A stretch of 64,000 bases of DNA, from positions 124,001 to 188,000 of the forward strand of contig QPMI01000603.1 of NCBI GenBank assembly GCA_004431415.1, given 5' to 3'. The position numbers and the translations under genes are program-made. Below, one piece after another: positions 45,484 through 56,127 of this stretch. Within the stretch, counting starts at the first letter, position 1, and each line of letters begins with the position of its first letter. Below the pieces are notes generated by a model, which was not told the DNA's origin, made no database searches, and saw only the letters and a program-made list of their open reading frames with translations. The DNA is from Cyanophora paradoxa CCMP329 (Eukaryota > Plantae > Glaucophyta).

Positions 45484-45822
45484 GTCGACAGAATCAGTCG
45501 ATCGACAGAATCAGTCGATCGACTGATTCTGCGCCAGAATCGGTCGACCGATTCTGTCGAATTTTATCGACTGACTCTGCGACAGAATCGGTCGACAAAA
45601 TCAGTCGATCGACCAACTCTGTCGATCGACTGATTCTGCGCCAGAATCGGTCGACCGATTCTGTCGAATTTTATCGACTGACTCTGCGACAGAATCGGTC
45701 GACAAAATCAGTCGATCGACCAACTCTGTCGATCGACTGATTCTGCGCCAGAATCGGTCGACCGATTCTGTCGAATTTTATCGACAGACTCTGCGACAGA
45801 ATCGGTCGACAAAATCTGTCGA
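45484..45822. repeat. Left subterminal palindromic repeat array
   Basis: TCGAC(A/T/C)GA(A/T)TC-type motifs in alternating orientation with a ~108-bp higher-order period. Confidence 0.92.
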
Positions 45823-46350
45823 TACTTGATATATTAATATATATTGATATATCGCCAGGTTTGTCGATAAATTGATTAATATTCTTCATATTAAGATTAT
45901 TGATTTGTATATTATCTTGTATAAATATTGAGCCAGTACTAGTGGAGGATCTCCGGGGATCCAGCTGCAGGTCGCATGCACAGGCCTAGGTCAGCTACAC
46001 TATATATATATAGGCCCTGACGGCCCATGACTAGCTATAGGCGGGCCAGAACACATGTACATCTGGCATTGGCTTTTTGCATCTATATAAATTAGTTGAT
46101 CTGCAGGCCACCTATTTTCACATATCGTGCGGGCCGCCTAATTCATGATCTGCATGCACACACCTATGCATACATGCTGTCACATCGCAAATATGATCCC
46201 TACTCTGGCCTAGGCTGCCGCCTAGCCCTGCCTAGTCCTGCAAATATAAACCCTACCCTGGCCCCGGATGCAGCCGCACGCACTCCAGCCCGACGCCGTC
46301 CGCTCGCGCGCGGCTTCAATTAGTCGTTCGTCCCTAGTTGCTAGGCAACA

Positions 46351-49300
46351 AAGGGCGAGTCAGAAGCTGGAGGATAACGGGTGAAGCGATGCGGCCCGCA
46401 CCAGGTCGTTCTGCACCTCGCCGCCCTCGCTGCGCCATGCGCATCGCGGTGAGCGAGAGCTTAAATCGAATGGAAAGAGGAAAAGGCCGGCAAGCAGGCG
46501 GCTATGCACCTCGGCGAGGAGAGGAGGCAGAAGATCAGCTTGCGATCGCTCCGCGTCCGCTGATGGCGAGAGCGACGCGCTCGCTGCGCTTGGAGAGTCA
46601 ATCGAAAGAAAAGAAGCATCCGCGCCGGCGAACGACCGCACCTCGGCCCGAGCGGCCGAAAGCATGATCTCCGAGGCGCCCGGCAGCCCGCGACCGCGAC
46701 CGCGAGGGCGAGGGCGAGGGCGAAGAGCTCGCTGCGCTCGGATCGAAAGAGAAGAAATATGCGCGACAGCAAACGACCGCACCTGCGCCCGAGCGGCCGC
46801 AAGCATGAACTCCGAGGCCGATCCAGCAGCCACGGGCCACACGTCCGGAAAGCGGCACGCACTGCGCTGCGCACGCCGCCGGCGTTACAACAAGATCAAA
46901 GGGCGAGCAGTGGAGACAAGAGCGAGCACCTGGCCTGCGGAAGAAGGCGCCGGGCGAACTGGGCGGTGGTGTTCTGCTCGCGGGGACCAGTCACGCCCGC
47001 TCCCTGGCCCGCCAGCGAAATGAGGGATTGAATCAAAGGAGAGGAAACGAAAAGCACCTTGCTTCGCCTCCGCAGCCGCCGCCTACGTTCCGCGCGTGCC
47101 TGTCAGCGGCAGAACGCCCACTGGCGACAGCCGCGGGAGGAATGGACAAAAAAGGCAACAAGGAGGTCGACAGCGATGCGTTCGCGAGCGTTCGCGGCCG
47201 CAACCGGGCGCCAGCCACCCTGAAGCAGCGCTCTGCGTTTGAAATCAGGCGGGCGACAGGCGGCGAGAGGCGCCAGAGGATGCAAGAGAGGACCTTCGAG
47301 CATCGTTCGCGCTGGAAGCCGACGAAGTTCGCTGCGGCGGCAGCAAGTCCGTTCGACCTGGTTTGAAAAGCGGAATCAGAGACGCGGGCAGCGCTGCGAG
47401 ACCCCGGAGGAGCCAACGAACCGAGCCGCTGTGAGAGTGAAGCGCGTCCGCGCGGCAGCCTTCAGTCGAGGCTGCAGCTGCTGGCAGCAAGGCACATGAA
47501 GGCGCTTCAAGGCAGCAAGTTTGGGGTACACGACTGTTGGGAAAAGCCTTGTGAGGCCCACAGCGGCAGGGCCGCCGCGGCAGCCGCGCCGTAGTATAGC
47601 TTTTCGAAGCCGCCTGAAGCGATTGCCAACGGCTCGACCTGGCCCTCGGTCCGGAGCGCCTCCCGCTGCGGCACCTTCGCGCGTGCTCGCAGCACGCAGC
47701 GCGAGGCAGCTACAAGCACGTGAGCTTGTAACCATGGGTCCAGCTCCCCCCGTAGCGTCGTCCCTGCGCCGCGCCGATCCACAGCTAGATCGACCAGGCC
47801 CGCAACCCCGCGCTGGGTGACTTCGCCGTGCTGGCCGGGTTCTTTGCGTGCCTTTCAGCTCACTTACATCCGCAGTATCTCTACCAGACAGCCCCGCGGT
47901 CGATTTGGAGGGTTGAGGTGCACGCCGGCCGGCGGAGCTCTCTCACATGTTTCGGTTCATAGCGCGTCCCTCTAAGATGCTCACGCAGTGCCTCTGACTC
48001 TGGACTGGCCGGGCGCTGCGTGAGCGCGCGGACCGACGCAACCTCCCGATCGGCGGTCGCCTCGGGTGCGCCTGCCAAGCACAGCATTTGGCCAGCGACG
48101 CGCGAGCGCGTAGCTGACGAGGCCCAGATCGCCAGGATGGGTGAGCCGCCTCGGATCGTCGCAGTTTGGGAGACATTCTTCTACACTGCCTGGGTGAGCC
48201 GGCTGGGCCCGTTCGCGTCGCTGACGGGACGCGTACGCGTCGCTGACGGGGCGCGCCGGTAACACAGGATACCGGAAAACGCCGCGTGAAGCCCATGGGC
48301 TGGGGTGCGGCGGTTGGCGACGCCGCTCGCGGGGCGGGGCGGATCCGGAGGCGCGGCAGGCGGCCGCGTGAATTCCAGGATAGGGCGGAGGCGCTTCCTG
48401 CGGCGCTGCAGCTCGCGGAGGCGGGCGGGCGGCCGGAGGCGCGGCGCGTGGCGGCGCGGCTCGCCGGGCGGGCAGAGGCGCGGCGGGGCGGCCGCACGGC
48501 TCGTCAGGCGGGCCGGGGGCGCGGCGGGTGGCGTCGGCGGCTCGCCGGGCCGGGCGGAGGCGCGGCGGGCGGCCGCGAGGCTCCGCTGGGCGGGGCGGAG
48601 GCGCGGCGGGCGGCGGCGAGGCTCGCCAGGTGGGCCGGGGGCGCGGCGGGCGGCGGCGCGGCTCGCGGAGCGGGATGGATCCTCGCGGGCGGCGGCGAGG
48701 CTCGCCGGGCGGGGCAGACGCTCGGCGGGCGGCCGCGCGCCTCGCGGGCCGGGGCGGAGGCGCGGCGGGCGGCGGCGCGCCTCGCTGGGCGGGGCGGAGG
48801 CGCGGCGGGCGGCGGCGGCGGCTCGCGGGGCGGGATGGAGGCGCAGCAAGCGGCGTCGGCGGCTCGCCGGGCGGGGCGGAGGCGCGGCAGGCGGCGGAGG
48901 CAGCTCGCCGGGCCGGGCGGAGGCGCAGGGGCGGCCGCGAGGCTCCGCTGGGCGGGGCGGAGGCGCGGCGGGCGGCGGAGGCGGCTCGCGGGGCGGGACG
49001 GAGGCGCGGCGGGCGGCGGCGGCGGCTCGCGGACCGGGGCAGACGCTCGGCGGGCGGCCGCGCGGCTCGCCAGGCGGGCCGGGGGCGCGGCGGGCGGCGG
49101 CGCGGCTCGCCGGGCGGGCCGGGGCGCGGCGGGCGGCGGCGCGGCTCGCCGGGCGAGACTGTGGCGCGGCGGGCGGCGGCGAGGCTCGCCAGGTGGGCCG
49201 GGGGCGCGGCGGGCGGCGGCGCGGCTCGCGAGGCGTGACGGAGGCGCGGCAGGAGGCGGAGGCAGCTCGCCGGGCCAGGCGGAGGCGCGGCGGGCGGCCG

Positions 49301-49600
49301 CGAGGCTCCGCTGGGCGGGGCGGAGGCGCGGCGGGCGGCCGCAAGGCTCGGCTGGGCGGGGCGGAGGCGCGGCGGGCGGCGGCGGTGGCTCGCGGGGCGG
49401 GACCGAGGCGCGGCAGGCGGCGGAGGCAGCTCGCCAGGCGGGCCGGGGCGCGGCGGGCGCGGCGCGGTTCGCCGGGCGGGGCAGAGGCGCGGCGGGCGGC
49501 CGCACGGCTCGCAAGGCGGGCCGGGGGCGCGGCCGGTGGCGTCGGCGGCTCGCCGGGCGGGGCGGAGGCGCGGCTCTCCGGGCGGGGCAGAGGTGCGGCG
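46351..49600 (+). repeat. Left internal inverted arm (~3.3 kb), including GC-rich minisatellite ~48400-49600
   Basis: Reverse complement of ~50930-54398. Mirror ORFs appear in the track, e.g. 47376-47735(-) and 52983-53342(+). Confidence 0.93.
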
Positions 49601-49617
49601 GGCGGGCACTAGGCTCT

Positions 49618-50867
49618 CAGTGCTGGATTTGATTTTGAGGTCGGCGCAGGCCGCAAGCTAGCTCGTAGCGTGCCGTGCATTATTTTGCAGGGCAAGTCGC
49701 CATTATTTTTGGCGGGCATTTTGAGGCCTTCCCGCGCGCCAGGAAATGCGAATAGAAGCCCGGCAGCCGGTAATCACGTTGAGGCCCTATCTAACACGCT
49801 ATCAAATGACTCGTATCCGTTGGCATCTGAGCTGGAAAGGCACGGGCGGACTGGGAATCGGCTCTCAAAATTGATCTCGGGAGAAACCCTATAAGGGAGT
49901 CGTTCTTCCCCGCCGCAATGCCCGGGAGCCCTGAGCTTCTCGTCAAATACTCTACAGGTACACAGTGGGGCGCTGATATCATCTCCGGGTGCTTACATGT
50001 GCCAGGAACCCAGTATTCTTTTAATGGCAGCTAGAGACTCATGATCATGATCATGTGCAAAGAAGTGCGAAGTCGCCGCGCTGAGCATATGAGAACGGAC
50101 GAGCTGACGAGAACTTCAGATTCGGATTCCCCACCCTCGAAATGGGCGGGGTGCAAATGTGGAGTCAGTCGCGGACCCAGATGACGGAGCGGCGTCAGGT
50201 CAAGCGAGCTCTCCGAGATTGTCAACTTGCCCCGAAGAGGCCTCGAGGACAGAAATCACCAAGGATAGCATCTTATCTGACAAGTTACATCCGGGCGATG
50301 AGACGCTTTCGGGGGTTCTTGACAGTGCTGGATTTGATTTTGAGGTCGGCGCAGGCCGCAAGCTAGCTCGTAGCGTGCCGTGCATTATTTTGCAGGGCAA
50401 GTCGCCATTATTCAATGATTTTTGGCGGGCATTTTGAGGCCTTCCCGCGCGCCAGGAAATGCGAATAGAAGCCGGCAGCCGGTAATCACGTTGAGGCCCT
50501 ATCTAACACGCTATCAAATGACTCGTATCCGTTGGCATCTGAGCTGGAAAGGCACGGGCGGACTGGGAATCGGCTCTCAAAATTGATCTCGGGAGAAACC
50601 CTATAAGGGAGTCGTTCTTCCCCGCCGCAATGCCCGGGAGCCCTGAGCTTCTCGTCAAATACTCTACAGATACACAGTGGGGCGCTGATATCATCTCCGG
50701 GTGCTTACATGTGCCAGGAACCCAGTATTCTTTTAATGGCAGCTAGAGACTCATGATCATGATCATGTGCAAAGAAGTGCGAAGTCGCCGCGCTGAGCAT
50801 ATGAGAACGGACGAGCTGACGAGAACTTCAGATTCGGATTCCCCACCCTCGAAATGGGCGGGGTGCA
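49618..50867 (+). repeat. Two ~540-bp direct repeats (49618-50155, 50323-50867) forming the foldback loop
   Basis: Near-identical CAGTGCTGGATTTG...GGGGTGCA copies separated by 167 bp. Confidence 0.92.
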
Positions 50868-50929
50868 TATCCGATGATCTACGCAAGAGTACTACGGTAC
50901 AGAGCGAGCATCTGCAGGCTTCCCCACGA

Positions 50930-53900
50930 GCCTCCGCCGCGCCTCCGCCCCGCCCGGCGGGCCGTGCCGCTGCACGCCGCGCCTCCGCCCTGCCACGCGA
51001 GCCGCGCAGCCGGCCGCCGCGCCTGCGCACCGCCGCCCGCCGCCCCTCTGGCCCTCCCGGCGAGTCGCGCCGCAGCGCGCCGCGCCTCCGGCCGCCCAGC
51101 GAGCCGCGCGCCGCCCGCCCGCCTCCGCCCGGCCCGGCGAGCTGCCTCCGCCGCCTGCCGCGCCTCGGCCCCGCCCGGCGAGCCGCCGACGCCGCCCGCC
51201 GCGCCTCCGCCCCGCCCAGCGGAGCCTCGCGGCCGCCCGCTGCGCCTCCGCCCGGCCCGGCGAGCTGCCTCCGCCGCCTGCCGCGCCTCCGCCCCGCCCG
51301 GCGAGCCGCCGACGCCACCCGCCGCGCCCCCGGCCCGCCTGGCGAGCCGTGCGGCCGCCCGCCACGCCTCCGCCCGCCAGCGAGCTGCGCCGCCACCCGC
51401 CGCGCCTCCGCCCCGGCCCGCGAGGCGCGCGGCCGCCCGCCGAGCGTCTGCCCCGCCCGGCGAGCCTCGCCGCCGCCCGCGAGCATCCATCCGCTCCGCG
51501 AGCCGCGCGGCGACCCGCCGCGCCTCCGCCACGCCCAGCAATCCTCGCGGCCGCCCGCCGCGCCACAGTCTCGCCCGGCGAGCCGCGCCGCCGCCCGCCG
51601 CGCCCCCGGCCCGCCCGGCGAGCCGCGCCGCCGCCCGCCGCGCCCCCGGCCCGCCTGGCGAGCCGCGCGGCCGCCCGCCGAGCGTCTGCCCCGGTCCGCG
51701 AGCCGCCGCCGCCGCCCGCCGCGCCTCCGTCCCGCCCCGCGAGCCGCCTCCGCCGCCCGCCGCGCCTCCGCCCCGCCCAGCGGAGCCTCGCGGCCGCCCG
51801 CTGCGCCTCCGCCCGGCCCGGCGAGCTGCCTCCGCCGCCTGCCGCGCCTCCGCCCCGCCCGGCGAGCCGCCGACGCCGCTTGCTGCGCCTCCATCCCGCC
51901 CGCGAGCCGCCGCCGCCGCCCGCCACGCCTCCGCCCCGCCCAGCGAGGCGCGCCGCCGCCCGCCGCGCCTCCGCCCCGGCCCGCGAGGCGCGCGGCGCCC
52001 GCCGAGCGTCTGCCCCGCCCGGCGAGCCTCGCCGCCGCCCGCGAGGATCCATCCCGCTCCGCGAGCCGCGCCGCCGCCCGCCGCGCCCCGGCCCACCTGG
52101 CGAGCCTCGCCGCCGCCGCCGCGCCTCCGCCCCGCCCAGCGGAGCCTCGCGGCCGCCCGCCGCGCCTCCGCCCGGCCCGGCGAGCCGCCGACGCCACCCG
52201 CCGCGCCCCGGCCGCCTGGCGAGCCGTGCGGCGCCCGCCGCGCCTCTGCCCGCCCGGCGAGCCGCGCCGCCACGCGCCGCGCCTCCGGCCGCCCGCCGCC
52301 TCCGCGAGCTGCAGCGCCGCAGGAAGCGCCTCCGCCCTATCCTGGAATTCACGCGGCCGCCTGCCGCGCCTCCGGATCCGCCCCGCCCCGCGAGCGGCGT
52401 CGCCACCCGCCGCACCCCAGCCCCTGGGCTTCACGCGGCGTCTTCCGGTATCCTGTGTTACCGGCGCGCCCCGTCAGCGACGCGTACGCGTCCCGTCAGC
52501 GACGCGCACGGGCCCAGCCGGCTCACCTAGGCAGTGTAGAAGAATGTCTCCCAAACTGCGACGATCTGAGGCGGCTCACCCATCCTGGCGATCTGGGCCT
52601 CGTCAGCTACGCGCTCGCGCGTCGCTGGCCAAATGCTGTGCTTGGTAGGCGCACCCGAGGCGACCGCCGATCGGGAGGTTGCGTCGGTCCGCGCGCTCAC
52701 GCAGCGCCCGGCCAGTCCAGAGTCAGAGGCACTGCGTGAGCATCTTAGAGGGACGCGCTATGAACCGAAACATGTGAGAGAGCTCCGCCGGCCGGCGTGC
52801 ACCTCAACCCTCCAAATCGACCGCGGGCTGTCTGGTAGAGATACTGCGGATGTAAGTGAGCTGAAAGGCACGCAAAGAACCCGGCCAGCACGGCGAAGTC
52901 ACCCAGCGCGGGGTTGCGGGCCTGGTCGATCTAGCTGTGGATCGGCGCGGCGCAGGGACGACGCTACGGGGGAGCTGGACCCATGGTTACAAGCTCACGT
53001 GCTTGTAGCTGCCTCGCGCTGCGTGCTGCGAGCACGCGCGAAGGTGCCGCAGCGGGAGGCGCTCCGGACCGAGGGCCAGGTCGAGCCGTTGGCAATCGCT
53101 TCAGGCGGCTTCGAAAAGCTATACTACGGCGCGGCTGCCGCGGCGGCCCTGCCGCTGTGGGCCTCACAAGGCTTTTCCCAACAGTCGTGTACCCCAAACT
53201 TGCTGCCTTGAAGCGCCTTCATGTGCCTTGCTGCCAGCAGCTGCAGCCTCGACTGAAGGCTGCCGCGCGGACGCGCTTCACTCTCACAGCGGCTCGGTTC
53301 GTTGGCTCCTCCGGGGTCTCGCAGCGCTGCCCGCGTCTCTGATTCCGCTTTTCAAACCAGGTCGAACGGACTTGCTGCCGCCGCAGCGAACTTCGTCGGC
53401 TTCCAGCGCGAACGATGCTCGAAGGTCCTCTCTTGCATCCTCTGGCGCCTCTCGCCGCCTGTCGCCCGCCTGATTTCAAACGCAGAGCGCTGCTTCAGGG
53501 TGGCTGGCGCCCGGTTGCGGCCGCGAACGCTCGCGAACGCATCGCTGTCGACCTCCTTGTTGCCTTTTTTGTCCATTCCTCCCGCGGCTGTCGCCAGTGG
53601 GCGTTCTGCCGCTGACAGGCACGCGCGGAACGTAGGCGGCGGCTGCGGAGGCGAAGCAAGGTGCTTTTCGTTTCCTCTCCTTTGATTCAATCCCTCATTT
53701 CGCTGGCGGCCAGGGAGCGGGCGTGACTGGTCCCCGCGAGCAGAACACCACCGCCCAGTTCGCCCGGCGCCTTCTTCCGCAGGCCAGGTGCTCGCTCTTG
53801 TCTCCACTGCTCGCCCTTTGATCTTGTTGTAACGCCGGCGGCGTGCGCAGCGCAGCGCGTGCCGCTTTCCGGACGTGTGGCCCGGTGGCTGCTGGGATCG

Positions 53901-54398
53901 GCCTCGGAGTTCATGCTTGCGGCCGCTCGGGCGCAGGTGCGGTCGTTTGCTGTCGCGCATATTTCTTCTCTTTCGATCCGAGCGCAGCGAGCTCTTCGCC
54001 CTCGCCCTCGCCCTCGCGGTCGCGGTCGCGGGCTGCCGGGCGCCTCGGAGATCATGCTTTCGGCCGCTCGGGCCGAGGTGCGGTCGTTCGCCGGCGCGGA
54101 CGCTTCTTTTCTTTCGATTGACTCTCCAAGCGCAGCGAGCGCGTCGCCCTTGCCATCAGCGGTCGCGGTCGTGGGCTGCCGGGCGCCCTAGGAGAGCCGC
54201 TTTCGTGCTCTCCTCTCCCTCTCCTCTCCTCGCCGAGGTGCGCATGCATAGCCGCCTGCGTGCCGGCGTTGCTCTTTCCATTCGATTCGAGCTCTCGCTC
54301 ACCGCGATGCATTGCGCAGCGAGCGCGGCGAGGTGCAGAACGACCTGGTGCGGGCCGCATCGCTTCACCCGTTATCCTCCGGCTTATGACTCGCCCTT
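50930..54398 (-). repeat. Right internal inverted arm, including GC-rich minisatellite ~50930-52310
   Basis: Reverse complement of 46351-49600. Confidence 0.93.
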
Positions 54399-54412
54399 AC
54401 TAGTTAATTACT

Positions 54413-55316
54413 GCTATACAAATGAATTCGCACACACCAAGACAAATGGCTAGGGATATGACTGCAGTGTCCATCTGTGTCAAGTCGAGAGATGAGCCTA
54501 CGGGAACAAGCCTTTCGGACATCGGACCGGGTGGAGCTATTGTACTGGAGAAAGGGGCCTATACCTGCCTAGAAGCACTGCCTACACCTGCCTAGAGAGC
54601 CGAAGCAGAGCAGAGCTACTATAACCCCCCTCAGGACAAGGGCGCCTACAGAGAGGACCGATGTATAAGCGAGGATGAGGTCGAAGCGGCTGAGCCTGAA
54701 CTATAGCCTCAATTTGGCAGGGAAGAAGCGCACTAAGAGAGCAAGGCCGACTAACCCCAGGGAGGGCCGGAAACCGGAGCCCGTGAGAGCCCGGGTGAAA
54801 ACCGGCGGGCGCACAGCATCGCCGGCCGCAGCCGGCGACCTGTGCTCCTCGGCCGAGAGATACCTCCTCCAGCTGGCGCGCGCGCGCGCGGAGTCCGCTG
54901 CGGCGGGGGTTGGGAGGCCCCGGGCCGCCCGAGTGCTCAGAAGCACGTCGCCTCGCCAGGAATCCAAGCATCTGTGCGGCCGCGACGCCCACGGCCGCGA
55001 CGCGGGCGTGCACTCACACGACCGACGATCATCTGCGCGGGCGCAGCGCAGGTCGCCGGCCCCATAGCCGCGGGCGGCCGATCGCTGCCGCAGAGAAGTG
55101 CTTGGGCTGAACGAGAGAGCAGCTGCTGAAGCCGCCGCTGGTGTCCGCTGGAGTAGCTCGCCGAACCGACCCACGGAGCGGATTCCTAACGGACGCGCGG
55201 CTAACCAGCTAGAGGAGGGCTAAAGGCACCGCCGAGGCGATTCGCGGCAGCCGGAGAGGCGCCCAGCGGGCAGGAGCCCGCTACCTACTTTCTCTCCAGG
55301 TCGGGGTACGCGAATG
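54413..55316. mobile_element. 904-bp insert flanked by an 18-bp direct repeat
   Basis: CCTTACTAGTTAATTACT occurs at 54395-54412 and 55317-55334. No TIR, poly-A or convincing ORF seen. Confidence 0.55.
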
Positions 55317-55745
55317 CCTTACTAGTTAATTACTAGTACTACATGTGAATCCCTAGTACCTCTCCCTTCAGCCTGCTCGTGCTAGGCCCCACGCTGCATG
55401 ATTCAGTGTTGATGTGCTGCCTATAGCTAAATTTACAGTCCGCCGGTCTCTAGTTCTAGACTGCAGAGCAACCAGAGGCAGGTGGGCACAAGGCGCGCCC
55501 GGGGCCTGCTGGATTGCTGGAGCCGGGCAGGCGCCTGGCCTGGGCCGAGAGAGTATATATTATATATATATCGATCAGGATTCAGGACCCCAGTATACGT
55601 ACGCGTAGACAGCAGGCGCATGCAGCAGGCGAGGCCTAGGCCTAGGCCAGGCCACAATTATTAAGAATATATATAAAACTGGCTTATTATAATTAAGATA
55701 TGGATCGGCAGATTAGGTTGAAAAATAAAACACAACAGATCTAGA

Positions 55746-56095
55746 TCGACAGACTCTGCGACAGAATCGGTCGACAAAATCAGTCGATCGACAGAATCAG
55801 TCGATCGACTGATTCTGCAACAGAATCGGTCGACCGAATCAGTCGAATTTTATCGACTGATTCTGCGACAGAATCAGTCGACAAAATCAGTCGATCGACA
55901 GAATCAGTCGATCGACTGATTCTGCGCCAGAATCGGTCGACCGAATCAGTCGAATTTTATCGACTGATTCTGCGACAGAATCAGTCGACAAAATCAGTCG
56001 ATCGACAGAATCAGTCGATCGACTGATTCTGCGACAGAATCGGTCGACCGATTCTGTCGAATTTTATCGACTGATTCTGTCGCAGATTCTGTCGA
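55746..56095. repeat. Right subterminal palindromic repeat array
   Basis: Same motif family as 45484-45822. Confidence 0.92.
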
Positions 56096-56127
56096 AGGTA
56101 TTGCAATACTCCAAAAGTGCAGATATA

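Larger units (their letters stand above)
45451..56127. mobile_element. 10.7-kb non-autonomous TIR/foldback element inserted in the satellite
   Basis: Perfect 30-bp TIRs TATATCTGCACTTTTGGAGTATTGCAATAC (45451-45480 and 56098-56127). CAGGAC is duplicated at 45445-45450 and 56128-56133, and the satellite unit resumes in register. Confidence 0.9.

Noticed and set aside
45484-45822. CRISPR-like appearance of the palindromic short repeats
   Set aside because: No unique spacers, no cas genes and a eukaryotic context. Better explained as transposon subterminal repeats.
50100-50150. Hammerhead-like CTGACGA...GAAA
   Set aside because: Helix II pairs for only 2 bp and I could not build helices I and III.
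49618-50867. TRIM/LTR interpretation of the 540-bp direct repeats (TG...CA inside)
   Set aside because: No TSD, no convincing PBS or PPT, and identity extends 5' of the TG.
47943-52739. 400-630-aa ORFs on both strands
   Set aside because: They arise from the stop-free GC minisatellite, which is open in nearly all frames.
45451-56127. Endogenous virophage/Polinton because of the 6-bp TSD
   Set aside because: No capsid, polymerase, ATPase or integrase ORFs are visible, and the interior is repetitive.
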